The notes under the pieces: model-generated
Seen by the model: the letters and a program-made list of their open reading frames with translations, nothing else
The model's database searches: none
Told to the model about the DNA's origin: nothing
Translations under genes and position numbers: made by a program
Assembly (NCBI GenBank): GCA_030704615.1
Contig: CM060733.1
Location: 51,646,001 to 51,710,000 of the forward strand
Length of the DNA: 64,000 nucleotides
Direction: 5' to 3'
Source: Takakia lepidozioides
Lineage: Eukaryota; Plantae; Bryophyta
Shown here: positions 49,663 through 62,945 of the stretch, in pieces
How the letters are laid out: each line of letters opens with the position of its first letter
Numbering within the stretch: the stretch's first letter is position 1

Positions 49663-51980
49663 CCCTTTGTGTGCGATTGTTCGTGTTGGGCGTTGATCGT
49701 CCTGTAGCTCTCATGGCCCATAAATGAAGGGGGGGGGGAAAAATTTTCCCCCTCCTCAAGGGCCTGAATTGTGTGGGCTGTCGCTCCCAGGTTTCCTTTT
49801 CAAGAGAAAAAAGAAAATAAAAAGGGTAACCCTCTTCTGTTTTTATCTGTTTTTCAGGGCCGCTCCCAAAAAGAAAACAAAAAAAGTACTTTCAAATATT
49901 ACCGCCACTTATAAATATATGTACTTATATCTATACTTTTCTTTCGTTTCAGGGTGACAGGGGATTATCGAGGTGACAAAGTCAGAAAAGTGGCTATTCT
50001 CCAGGTGTCACTCTCTAACTCGTCCACGTCGGCAACGTTTAACTTGTCGTTGATTCTATTATTACAGAGCAAGTATTGGAGGGAAAGAAAACTTGCTTTG
50101 TTTTAGTAAATAAATATTTTCCACAAATAGCGTAGGGACTAGGGACTAGAGACTCATTTTATGTTTTTGTTTTTTTTTTTTTTTGTTTTTACTCATTTCT
50201 TAAGGAACTCGCATTTTTTATTTTTTATTTCATTTAGTTTAATGGCTTAAATTCAGAAGCCACCCGGGGTTCAAATCCTCCCTACCACCCTTGTAGTATG
50301 CGAAACATATGAAGGGGGTTTACTTTATTGGCCCTGCCCTCATGCAGAGACTACGCAATTGGTTTCTCCTGCTTCTCCTGCTTGTCACAGGACCAACTTT
50401 TCGAGGGACCAATGTTTTTGTTGGATGATTGTCACATCCATTGTCACATCCATTTTGGAACGCAGTGATTTTTTTTAGGGTACCTAATTTAGTTTCAGAC
50501 CAAATGAGGACTTTGTTCCGTTTTGGACTATCTCGCTAGCTGCCTGTATGTCTGTATATTTCTCTGATTTTTCTTTCACACAAAATCTTCTTTGGTTTCT
50601 ATTTCTTTTTCTCCTCCACGTCATGTCTGTCTCTGGCTCTAGTTTTCTCTGTGAGGTTTCATGAATTTCCACAACATATCCTATAGAGAGAGAAGCGCAA
50701 GTGGATTCCGTTTGTCATAATTTTGTTTCAGCAGACTTTGGTTAAAGATTTTTTCTTGGTTGGGACAGTGGGATGCCATGGGAGAGTAGGCTAAAATCTA
50801 CAATTTATTTCTGGACTCGAGCTTTCGTATCTTGGATAAGGAAAATGCACACTTCTTTTTTTTTGCCCTTGTACCTGAAATGTGTTCGGATGAAGGGTGG
50901 CCTCATTGACTCTAAGATCACTGACACATATTTGAAGGTGAGCTTGGAAATGTTGTTTGCCTGGCTGCACACCATTGGACTGCACATAGTCCAAGAGAAA
51001 ATGTACTCATAAGGCGTTGTTTGCCATCAAGAATGTACTCATGAGATGTTGTTTACTGTAGCCTTAATCGGTTATTCTACAACAGTTCCTTGCTAATAAT
51101 GTAGTCCTTAAACTGAAAGTTTCGTTTTAGTGTTGATCCAAAGTGCTTATTGACTAACTTGATTGATCTAAGTTCAAATTCATGCCATCAGCCATAAACA
51201 ATCGGCTATCAGCAAGGGTCACTTGGTATTTGCCGAAGTGACAAAGCAAAAGCTTCATCAGCTCATCAATTATTACATATTAAACTTTATTTATCAATAT
51301 TTGAGATGCTATTTGTCTGCTAGAACATTATTAATATTGTAATAATATAATTATACATAAACCATGGTTTCAATAATGAATCATTAACATTGTGTTAGTT
51401 TCTCAAAAGTATTTTATATGTAACGTAATAAATTTACTCTTTTAGTTTTTCAATATAATTATTTTTTAGAAAATAAAATATGTTCATTAATATTTTGGCA
51501 ACATCAACATTTAACGCTGAAGTCAAATGATCCTTACGTGGCTGATTATTCAATGAGATATTACGCCCAAGTTTTTATTTGAGCTAATTTTACATAATTG
51601 GCTTAAATTAGTTCTAAGTAGCAATGATTCAAGTCAAAGTACCAAAATAGCAACCGAAGATAATTAAGTTGAGCATCCAATTATGCTATAGTTATCTCAT
51701 CTAATTTTGCTCAATTAGCTTCAATTAGCAGTGACTCAAGTTTGGTATAGAGGTGGAGATAACTCAGCAATGTACGTTTTTTTCATAACATTTTAGATGT
51801 ATTATATTTTTTATACAATAAAGCACCAAGATTTCAATTTTATAGGATATTTTAATATCAACCTTCATAAACCTAACAATGAATCTAATCATTCATGACA
51901 AATCACCATTTCCATCTTCCATTTCTGGCATCTTACATTCAAAGAATCTACGATAACTTATAATTTTCAATTAGATGATA

Positions 51981-52200
51981 TCAATATATCAAGTGAGGTA
52001 TATCAAGTGAGGTAGTTCGTTTGTTTTGTTTTGTAGCGTCGTTGAGATCTCCCAAACCGTAAGGCCTCCGTCCGTGGTCTTGATACTGCTAGAAAACCCT
52101 CACCGAGGCGGTTTCATAATTTCTGGATTTGGGCCCTGTGGGAAATATTGAAAATCGAGTACTTTTTGTCACTGGAAAATTAATGAAAAGTAGAATTGGG
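51981..52200 (+). mobile_element. Diverged 5' part of the same Helitron family, upstream of GME
   Basis: A|TCAATATAT start, GTTTT run, GAAAACCCTC, AGTACTTTTTGTCACTGGAAA; 3' end unclear. Confidence 0.6.
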
Positions 52201-52975
52201 TTTGTCTCTAATATAAAAATGGCAGTAGATTATGTGCTCAAAAATAGAGGCAGCATTTAATCTCCCGAATTATTTTGTCGATCATTTCACAACCAATTCA
52301 TAACTATGCTAGGGAAGGGCTCTCATGTAACCATGCATTTGTTCTCCCCCCTCCCCATCTCCCTAGGTCTCCTTCAAAAATATTAATCATTTAATTAATT
52401 TAAAAAATATATAATTTTGGTTATACTTGCCAGTATCGAAAGCAAGAATTTTTTTTTAAATTATTTAAATATATATATACTCATACTTTTTTGCCACAGG
52501 CTAACTTAATGCACATAATGTCTTATCCACCCAGCCTTGTCGTGCTAATTTATAATTTTTAATCTAATAAAAACATGTGTGCTAATTTTATTTTTGAAGT
52601 GCTAATTTGTTTATGCAGAGAAATATCCTTTTTATCTTTTATTTTTTAATGTTTAGATTTTACACGAGGAAACTACCAACGGGGGCGGTGCCGCCCTTGT
52701 TTTTTATTTAATTTGTTGGGATAGTTTATTTCAATTTTCAGGCGCCGGAGGATGGAGGCCAGATGGCACAGATGCCGGGACCGGAAAGCGGCAGGACTTG
52801 AAGAGAGAGAAGGAGGGAAGGCACGACTGATCAGTGTGCGAGACGACCGCAGTGTTCATGCCACGACGCTGCTGCTCACGCTCGCACGTTGCATCTCTGC
52901 ATCTCTGTCTCTGAAGCCACAATCTCACTTCTAAAACCACGCACCTCCATACATTCAGTCATCCTGCACAATTCG

Positions 52976-53030
52976 GAGAAGAGAAGAGAAGAAAGAGAAG
53001 AGAAGAGAAGAGAAGAGAAGAGAAGAGAAG
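52976..53030. repeat. (GAAGA)n microsatellite in the GME 5' UTR
   Basis: Read directly. Confidence 0.9.
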
Positions 53031-53093
53031 TTGTGTGTGTTGTGGTTCTGCTGTAATCGTCAGTGTGGTTGCGGGGGGAATCTAGTAGCGAAG

Positions 53094-56086
53094 ATGGTGA
53101 GCAATGGGATCAACGGGACGAATGGGAGAACCAAGGAGTATGGAGACTACACAGCCACCAATCTGGACCGGGAGGCATACTGGCCTGAGGCGAAGCTGCG
53201 GATCTCCATCACGGGAGCGGGAGGGTTCATAGCGTCACACATTGCGCGGCGCTTGAAGAGCGAGGGGCATTACATAATAGCGTCGGACTGGAAGAAGAAT
53301 GAGCATATGAGCGAAGATATGTTTTGTGATGAGTTTCATTTGGTGGATCTGCGCGTGATGGACAATTGTTTGGTGGTCACCAAGGATGTGCAGCATGTGT
53401 TCAACCTGGCGGCAGACATGGGAGGCATGGGTTTCATCCAGTCTAACCATTCGGTCATCATGTACAACAACACCATGATCAGTTTCAACATGTTGGAGGC
53501 CGCTCGCATTAATGGCGTGAAGAGGTTAGTCCTCGCGCAGCAACTTTTCTCTCATTGGGGTGCCAGATGTACTGCTATCAAGCTTAGTGTTTTCTGGAAT
53601 GGACAAGTGGTTTACAGGCAAGGGTAATGTGTTGTCTCCTGCTTTGGGAATTGCTTTTTCTGATTCAAGACTGGCACTTTCCAAAGAGTCGGGCTTGGAG
53701 GTAGTTTAAACATCGGAAACTGGAATACAGATATTGGGATTTGATTGCTAATGATAGATTTTTTTCTGGCTAAGACTGTATCCGAGCTGGCTGTTTGTGT
53801 ACTTTGGGCACAAAGTAGGTTATGTGATATGGTTGCTTCAGTTGTTGTGCTTTAACTTTTGTACTTTGACGACGATGTAGATTTTTCTATGCATCCAGCG
53901 CATGCATTTATCCAGAATTCAAGCAGCTGGAAACCAATGTCAGCCTGAAGGAGTCAGATGCCTGGCCTGCCGAGGTAAAAGCCGCCCACACACAACAACC
54001 CAACCCCCCCCCCCCCCCCCACCCCCCTCCTCCCTGTCTCCTTGCTTGCTAGTCTCTTTCTCTTATTTTTTCTCTGCCTCTCCTTAGAGGCAGAGAAATT
54101 GTCATTTGCAAGTAAAAGTAGTCAAAGCAAATTAGAGACCATGTAGCTCCTGCCTGACAACACTCATGTGCCCAATCATAAGATCTCATGAATTCTCTGT
54201 TCTACAGTACTTCATTAGCATCAGAGCAGACCATGTTTATTTACATGTACCTTTCACTCTTCTTTGATGTTGATCTGAATGCTGCCACTTATTCCCTTAA
54301 GTGGATGCTCTGGATTGAAGCTAAACAAAACGTGGTCCATCGATTCCAAGATTAATGCTTGGATGGGACACTGTTCAGTCTCATTCTTTTCATTCCAAGG
54401 AAGATCCGTAAAATATTCCCATAAGTGGATGCTCTGGATTGAAGCCAAACAAAATGTGGTCCGATTCCAAGATTAATGCTTGGATGGGACACTGTTCAGT
54501 CTCATTCTTTTCATTCCAAGGAAGATCTGTAAAATTTCCTCAACCATAGTGATATGGGAATGGGAATGGAAATTCTAAAGGAACTGATATTTGATGGATG
54601 TCGGGGATCAGCCACAAGATGCCTATGGACTGGAGAAGCTTGCGACTGAGGAACTGTGCAAGCATTACACTAAGGACTTTGGAATGGAGTGCCGCATTGG
54701 TCGCTTCCACAACATCTATGGCCCCTTTGGCACCTGGAAGGGTAAGCCGACCTTGATTTACCGTTCTGCATATGTATGTACAGGAACTCTCCTACAAGTT
54801 TTGTTCTGGATATTGCTTCTGGGAGATACGTGAAGTACATCTAGTTGGTCTTATTCATGAGAGATTAGCTTGTGAACGCAATTTTTTTCTTGGTGGGGCT
54901 ATTGGATTCCCAAATGGATTGTCAGGACCAAAATTCTGCTTGATAGAGGGTGCAGTGTTTTCGAGCATGGGTCACACTCAACAAATGCATCAGATTATTA
55001 TCAATGACCTTGCACTCATTCTGAGAGAGTGTCATGTGACATGGAATTTGTGTAGTGTCCAAATTCGTGACTGTTATTTGCTTGGACTGTAGGCTTAGTT
55101 TCATGTGGTTTGTGGATTGCTATTTGCAGGGGGGCGTGAGAAAGCACCCGCTGCATTCTGCAGGAAGACTCTCACAGCAGTGAGCAAGTTTGAGATGTGG
55201 GGTGATGGCCTCCAGACCCGCTCCTTTACCTTCATCGATGAATGTGTCGAGGGTGTTTTGCGGTGGGTCTCATTTTGCAATCTTCTTCCTCTCTCTGGCC
55301 CTGCAGCAGACCCTCTTTCCATTTACCCACTTAGTGGACATGGGTGTGTTATGAACGGTTAGTAGGGGAATTCAACTGTATGCAAGAACCACCAGAGTGA
55401 CTGTTACCCAGGTAAGAGCACGGCAATGAAATGAGGCTCAAATGTGTATGTGCATGCAGGTTGACAAAGTCAGATTTCCAGGAGCCAGTAAATATCGGGA
55501 GCGATGAGATGGTAAGCATGAACGAGATGGCGGATATTGTTCTGAGCTTTGAGAATAAGAAGTTGCCCATTCAACATATCCCAGGGCCTGAGGGTGTCCG
55601 TGGGCGCAATTCAGACAACACATTAATCAAGGAGAAGCTTGGGTGGGCTCCATCCATGCGCTTGAAGGTATGAGCTGCATCAATAGGGCACAGCAGTGGG
55701 AGACTGTAGGACATCACCAGCAAGCACTGCAGATTAGAACTAGGAATGACTGAATTTGAGACAGTGCATGTACATGTTTCTGCAACTTGCTCTGCTTTTC
55801 CCCTTGAACAGCTGCTCCACTTGTTTGAATGCTCAGTAGCTATCACTAACAATATCAGCAACATGCCTAGTTTCTTCTTTTCTCTCACATCCTTTCCATG
55901 TCTAATGGCGGTATCCGGTATCTGCAGGATGGTCTACGGATTACATATTTCTGGATTAAGGAGCAGATTGAGAAAGAGAAGTTACAGGGGGTGGATTTGG
56001 CCGGAAAGTATGCTACATCCAAGGTGGTGGGCACCCAAGCCCCTGTTCAGCTCGGGTCTCTCAGAGCAGCTGATGGGAAGGAATAA
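53094..56086 (+). CDS. GME: GDP-mannose 3',5'-epimerase, 384 aa; exons 53094-53524, 53881-53974, 54612-54741, 55130-55262, 55460-55667, 55928-56086
   Basis: ITGAGGFIASH, NLAADMGGMGFIQSNH, YASSACIYP, YGLEK, GGREKAPAAFCRK, LGSLRAADGKE; all introns GT-AG and phases consistent. Confidence 0.97.
54299..54540. repeat. Near-identical ~120-bp tandem duplication in GME intron 2
   Basis: AAGTGGATGCTCTGGATTGAAGC...CCAAGGAAGATC at 54299 and 54423. Confidence 0.92.
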
Positions 56087-56873
56087 ATCACCAGCACGCC
56101 AAAAACAAATTCTGACTGCCAGCTGTTCGAGTTGAAACCGCTTGCCTTATTCACGTTCCAATGGTCTGATACCCAGCTGGCATGCAATTGTTGTTGCAAG
56201 AGGTGTGGGAAGGATTCTCAATGGTATGAGCAGGGACCCAGAGAGAGGAAGTCTTGGTAGGTTAGCCTTAGAAGGCCGAGGTAGTCATAACTGGGAGGAC
56301 AAAAGGGGATAAAAGACATGGCTCTCACTATTCTGGGGCTCTAATACATGAGGTGGCGTGAGATAGGAAATGAGAAGCAGTACATATACCATTCTTTTGC
56401 TCAATTTAGTGAGCATTTCCCAGGATAATAAGTATTCGTGTGGTGAGTTTTCTAGTCATCGGAGAGCATTGGGGCAGTGAAATCTTCCTCCTCAAACACA
56501 AAAATGATCTTTGAAAAACTTTGCAGAGATGGGGAGCGCTCTGCCAGCCAATCCTCACCTCAGCTTTCTTATAAAGCTCCCTCTTGGTTGGAGATGTTGC
56601 AAAAACCAGAGGCAAATGCTTATAATTGCACCTATACTTGAAAAGAGGATTCATAAAGCACAATGCTATCATGTGTGGTGAGTGAAGTATGTGTGGCTTG
56701 CTTATATGAGTAACAAGGGGTAACTCTGAAACCATCTCTAGGATAATCCTTTCTCAAAAAGTGACTCACGTCTCAATTTGATGGGCAAATTGAATGCTTT
56801 GTCAAAAGATTAAAATGAAAGTAGAAACCCAAAGTGGCATATTGTGACGAGTCCCAACTTGGGTAAATCAAAT

Positions 56874-59322
56874 TCAATCTGAATAACCATAATGGTGCAG
56901 CAGGCGATTGGCCTCACGCAAGCCACTCCGATGTGCACCATGTGTGGTGCCATAGTAGTGTCGGTCAGTAGCTTCCCCAGCAAACAACAGCTGCAAGGGT
57001 GCAACAGAATCCTGCTTTATGACTGTGTCCTTGGTTTGGTTTGGAAGAGGCTCTGCAAGTGTATCTATGTCCGCCCCACTTCCATCAACTGCCATGTATG
57101 AGTAAGAACCTCGGAAGTGGGGATTTGTTCCCCAGCTGCTGCGTAAAATCGAGTTTACATGACCCGGCTCTTCCCCAAATCTAGAGAGAGTGTTGACAAT
57201 GCCCCTTACAACTTCATTGTCAGAGGCAGACTCGAGCTCAAGTGCCTCCTGCCCCGTGTACCATGACTGCAATACGCAAGATTTCAAGTTTGTAGGATAG
57301 ATAGAAAAGAGCTTGCGGGCCCAGTGGGGCACTGCCTGAGGGGCATTAGCTGGCTCAAGTGGTGCAGTCTTGTCAAAGATGAACAGCAACGGGTGTAACT
57401 GTCCTTCCGGAGGTCTCTCAAACTCCACAAAGACCTTATCCACCACGCCAAAGCCTAATCTGGCTATGGATTTTAACTTGTGATTTGGCAAAGCTGGCTC
57501 AAACAATCCTGCAGTAAGTTGTTCATCCTTCTCGCATGAACTTCCTTCTAGAGATGTGGGTAAGTTCCCTCCTGCCGACCAATCGGAATCCTCCCTTGTA
57601 TTGCTGATTTTTTCTCTATCTATCTCACCTTTTAGGACCCCAAGCGAGACTGTAACAATTACATGTTCGGCTTCAATGACCAATCCTCCCTCACAATGTA
57701 CCCGCACCGGGGCCCCTGGAGACTCAAAGGATTGAGACCCATCTCCACTCCACTGAATCCTCACAACGTGTTTTCCAAACTGGATAGTGCCCTCTGGCAA
57801 GCCATTTGCCAGGGCTTGCACTACACTAGAGTACCCTTTTGCTATGGAAATGTTTGCACCAGGGAACTCTTTGTATTCGCTGAAGGCATTCAAGTTCAGA
57901 TCATACAGCGAACCGGCCCCTGTTACAGAGCGATCTAGATTCTCAAGCATTGTAAATACACCCTCTTGGACCTTGCGTAGATCCCACAGCTGGCTGAGCC
58001 CGTGGTCACCATCCTGCTTTGACTTTTCCTGGAAAGACAAACAAGACAGTCTAGCATGAAAACAACACGGGACTGTATTCTTTCAACCAATCTGTTTGCC
58101 GGGCATAGTTCCCAAGGCTCCCCCGACTATGATTAAGCGACCGCAATGACTTCACTGCTGTCAAGCTATGCCAGTCCTTGAATTCAGAAACACTCCTCTC
58201 TAGCCAAATACGGTGGGTTTACATTACTTATCACAGCGAGGGGACTATCCCTCCAGTGCACATCACAGTAAACATCCACAAAAGATCTGAAAGAACCTAA
58301 AAACTACTGATCATACCAGGTGGAATGCTGAAGGAGCTGAAGCAATGGAATTTCCCGGCCTCCCAGTTTCCACTGCATTCTCATGTTGGGATATGAATCT
58401 ATCAAACCCCTGCCTTAAGAAGGCCCCGACACTATTGCAGTGATCATTTTCGTCCATGGCAATATCGTCACTCTTGACCCCGACACCGACCAATTTCTTG
58501 GCCGCCAACTCTCCCACTGCTTGGGCCTCCCGAAACAACCCCCTGTCATTGCCAGAATATACGTTTGCATTCCACATTGTTTAATAGAAATTATGCTTTC
58601 ACCGGGTCCCCCTTCCACCCTCCCCCTCTCGGCACAAATTTGGCAATGATGTAACAGAGTACATCGCCTGCATATGAGCTCTGAATATACAATTGTCACT
58701 GACATTGGCACTAGCGGATTTGAGGCTTCCAAAGATTGAGTAGCAGAAGGACCAAACGTCCTATTATGAAGGCACATCCTCCTTTCCCTCAAATTTCTAA
58801 GTTCTCCATCTGCCTTGAAGCAAGTGATCTCAAGACAACAAATCCAATCTTCCTTTGATCACAAATTTGCGTGTGAGGGTTGCCACTATGGCACTGTTGA
58901 TAAGAGGATCTGAGGTGTAGATCTTACCTATAGAGATCCACCACAGGCTGATAAATGGACGGATCCACGTCTGACCCACCCTCAGTTCTCACACCTGCTT
59001 TCAGGGAGTGACGAATCCCGTCCTTACCCTCCCATGATTGATCTGCCTCCAAAGCTCCAATCGCCTCGGCAATTTTATACACTGGGCTTCCCTCAATACC
59101 ATGTATCCAAGTTGCCCCTAATTCCACTCTCTCCCCCCCAATCTCTGCTGTACAAATTCTTCCCCCAACTCTGTGACTGGCCTCTAGGACTGTCAATTCA
59201 AACCTGGACTCAGCTATACTGGATTGCAACAATCGGTGTGCAGCAGTCACACCTGCCATCCCTGCCCCAACAATTACCACTCGAGGCTTTTCAACACTCT
59301 TGCTGTCTTCTTCTTGCTTCAT
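56874..59322 (-). CDS. Polyamine oxidase, PAO5-like, ~591 aa; exons 59322-58928, 58542-58317, 58028-56874
   Basis: VIVGAGMAG, LEASHRVGGRI, ELGATWIHGIEGSP, VTVSLGVLK, GFGVVDKVF, FRGSYSY, FAGEAT..YYGTTHGA; GT-AG phases consistent. Confidence 0.93.
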
Positions 59323-62003
59323 CTTGTATTGCCTTGCACTTGAATGCACTTTCTGAGAAAACAATACATGACACAATTGAGTCAAGAAAGTGAGTCCCAA
59401 TGTTGGAAGCAACAAATGACAGTAGATTAAGATGACTCGTGCCTACCGCCAACACACCAACTCTTGGCCTAAGAAGTACCAAGCCCAAGTCATGCACCAA
59501 ACTACTAATACTAAAGAAGTCAAGTCATTAATCTTATGGTCTTGGGGTGTGTAAGATAAGGTAATAACCATGAGTGAAAATGCAGCTCATCAAACACACC
59601 GTGGGTTTTTAAGAAAGTGAACCTAGAGGTAAAGGGTTATTTGCCAAACAGAGGGAATAAGAAATGAAGTGCACAGGTGCCAAGTACATAATTACGAAGA
59701 AACAATTTTCTCCCAAAAAGAGATTCGATTTGAGAGCCTAGCCAACCTGACGAAGCGTCTACGTTAATTTGGCCTGGACACAAAGCATTTATAGCTAGTG
59801 ACATATTACGTAAATGCATCCAATTCGGTTGATTGCAGACCTCCTCTCAATTCTTCAAGTTACAAATCTGAAGCCACTTGTTTATTGAAGCTCCAGCATG
59901 TCACCTGGATTCTTTGCAAGCGTATGCTCGTTGACCGCCTATAAAAGGACGTCGAATCTGGGTCACCTACAAATGAAACCTGCAAATCGCAGGCGCAACG
60001 ATGGTAGAAACTCTTCAAAGACGTCCACTGATTTTGAAGATGAAACATGACCCTGGTATTGCACAGACGATGTGAGAGAGAGGTGATGGTGGTGGTGGCA
60101 GGTATATGGTTTGAGAATGCCAAACGAGACATGGATTCCTCTCACTGTAACGGAGCAAAAGCTGGAAAACCCCTCCAAAACTTTCAATCGGGTTGTGGAA
60201 CTGTGAACGGACACTTAATCTCCTGTGCACAGCACCCACATAACCAAATCTTATAAAAGAATCAGCACTTCCACATCAAACGACATGAACACTCCACTCT
60301 TCTCTATCCACCGTGTCCAGACTCTGGAAAGCGGTTTCTTTGCAACTCAGGGCAAACCTGCTCCGACGATTATCGTCCACGAGACGACGATACTTATATC
60401 ATGTATATGCAATGGAACAGATGAATATTGAAGTGTTAGCTATTGCGTTCACACTTCATACATCTGAGAGACAGAGAGAGAGTATACATGACATTGAAAT
60501 CCTCAAGGTACGAACTACGAACCCCAACCACTGGGCTGCCTGCTCAAGTATAAGGGTGCAGACCTCATCAAATCCTTACTTGTCGTTCCATTTTTTTCAA
60601 CCACCCAACACAGGTGCATGTTTGTATGCCTCTCTCGATAGGCAACTTCCATGATTATTTTCAGGTGTCTCTGTGCCCTGCCATCAGGTACTACTACTGG
60701 TACTTGGTTGTCACTTCACTGAGCATCACCCTCATTTTGGCGAGGTCACTTCCCCAAAGATACAGGTGTTGCTTGCCCAAAAAATTTCTCCAGGTTCTTG
60801 TATAGTGTTGCTTATCAATGTGGCATGTGTATGTATGTACATGAAGATTCTGTTGAGTTCTGTTTCAACACATAAGCAGACATTGGTGGCTGTTCACCTG
60901 CCAACAGTAAAGGCTCAGCCTGGAGGTGAAAAAGCACAGTCATATGAAGAACCACAGGCCCGCACATGATATGGAGCACCTGATATTGACGTGGAATGTA
61001 CTCTGCTTCCCAGTATCTTGAGGTTCTGATTGGAGCTGATCACTTCAAGGAGAAAACAAAAGAGATTCAAGATCAAATAGCAGATTGAAGAAGATACCAG
61101 AACTGGGGAACGAGTTGTCTGCAATGCAGAGAAGAGGGAAGAACCTAAGTGGCAGAAATGTCTAGGCAGGCTTTTCCTAGGTAAAATCTGTCTTCTTCCT
61201 ACTACAATTGTGTGCTAAACACTTGCAGTACTTAGTTTGAGTTAGAGGCTCAAAGGAGACTGCTAGTTTGAAGGAAGCTCGTGACTCTGTACAGATTGCT
61301 TGTTCCGAGTACCAGCAGCCACTCTACTGCTGGAGACTTGACTTGAAAATTCTGCACAATGAATGTCTCGATTAAATTGGGTAAAGCAAATGACTGGAGG
61401 AAAAAGAGCGGAAGAAAGACTGTAAGGGAAAGAGATTTATGCTTGAGAACGAACTAAAGAAGCTCAATACCGATGAACATGAATTATTACAGAAGAAATG
61501 TCAGCTACAAGTTGGGAAGTTAAGGACCTTGAGCCAACCTCCAGGTGATGACCTTCCACAAATCTGACTCACTGAATCTGTACTAAATCCTGCAAATGCT
61601 TCTTGACAATTGATAAGCCCAGCTTACCGGATGTGAATTTCTTCAACCCCGGTTGCTAAGAGGTGCGTAAAAGTGACAATATAGTGCTAACCTAAACCTG
61701 CCAAGAGTACAATGGTAAATTGCCAACGTCTGTCACATGCAGTATGTGCCCTAATCAAGTAGGAGACGTGAACTTTGCATTCTGTAAGGCGAGTCTCCTA
61801 CTATTGTCTGCCATCAAAGGAAAATTCCGAGGTGAATCTTGCCATAGAGACATCCTTCAAACCAAAACCTGCTCTCTACTCCTTCACCTCACACGGCAGA
61901 CGGCTCCTCTCTAAGAGCCTGCGTTCCTGAATTTGCACAGTAACACTTACACAATAAAAGGCTTATCCGCCTTGTTTGATCCTTGCTACCACCCGGCTCA
62001 AGG

Positions 62004-62336
62004 CTACCTCTTCTTAAAACCATACTTTTTACGCTCATAGAATAAATCTGTTTTGGCACTTCCCAGGTTGACAATCTTCGGGCAACCGTCTCGATCTTTT
62101 TCTTGCTGCGTACATTCCTTGCAGTAATAGGCGTCTGAGATCCCCAAGCCTCCGCAGATAACACACCTGCCTTGGTAAGAACCATAGTTGCACTCGTCAC
62201 AAACGCGCACCAGAGTGCACGGCCGCACATACGAATCGCAAATCACACACTTCCCATCGCATTTCTCGCAGAGACGGCCGATCGCAATGCCTGGTTGCTT
62301 GCGGCACATGATGAGATCGGGATGATGCTTCGCCAT
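62004..62336 (-). CDS. PHF5A: PHD finger-like domain protein 5A (SF3b subunit, Rds3 homologue), 110 aa, intronless
   Basis: [39 protein letters not shown]...[12 protein letters not shown]. Confidence 0.98.
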   Translation of the reverse strand: MAKHHPDLIMCRKQPGIAIGRLCEKCDGKCVICDSYVRPCTLVRVCDECNYGSYQGRCVICGGLGISDAYYCKECTQQEKDRDGCPKIVNLGSAKTDLFYERKKYGFKKR

Positions 62337-62398
62337 CGCGCTCTCGCTTCCTAACAACCCTAGCTCGCTGCATACTGAGGAGAAGACGACGCCCTGCC

Positions 62399-62412
62399 AA
62401 ACCCTAAACCCT
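62399..62412. promoter_or_regulatory. Telo-box upstream of PHF5A
   Basis: AAACCCTAAACCCT about 65 bp from the ATG; telo-boxes are common near TSSs of plant RNA-processing genes. Confidence 0.6.
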
Positions 62413-62789
62413 CTCTGAGATCGTGGACGGACGCACACGTCCGTCGGTACAACCTTCGTTCAGGCGAGTCGCTATAACAGAGTTAACACATTTTACTATT
62501 CTATTGTATTTGAACAGAGAATTTTATTTTTTTCATGACTGCTGTCTATTATTGAGCTTTGAATTTGAATTATAGCGACAGTGTGGAGTGTGATTCACTG
62601 GCAGCTGAGGTGTCTTCTGTCTGCTTCTGCAGCTTTTGAATTTGGACCATCAACTTGTTGGATTTTTTGAAATTTTTCATTGAGGCAAGGAAGCCTGAAT
62701 TGTTTACTACCCCGCGTCATCGATATTAATATAGTGTTGTTTTTGTCACGATCGTTGATTTGGTCGTAGTTTTGTAATATCGGAATCAA

Positions 62790-62945
62790 TATGTTCTTTG
62801 CTTACACAAGCAAGAAAGCCTACAAGGCCCTCACCAACGGCCAACCCCTCTTAGAAAAATGGAATGGCATTTGGGACACTTACAATTTCCAGAATGAAAA
62901 CTGGAATGCTATGTGGGCCTCTGTTTGGTCTTTTGAGTTCGGACG
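62790..62945 (+). mobile_element. LINE ORF2 remnant
   Basis: YTSKKAYKAL...KWNGIW...WNAMWASVW resembles the Trp-rich region at L1-type zf-RVT domains. Confidence 0.5.

Noticed and set aside
54299-54540. Tandem intronic snoRNAs
   Set aside because: No convincing C/D or H/ACA boxes.
62337-62438. N-terminal extension of PHF5A in the ORF track
   Set aside because: The conserved protein starts at MAKHHPD; the extension uses a non-ATG start.
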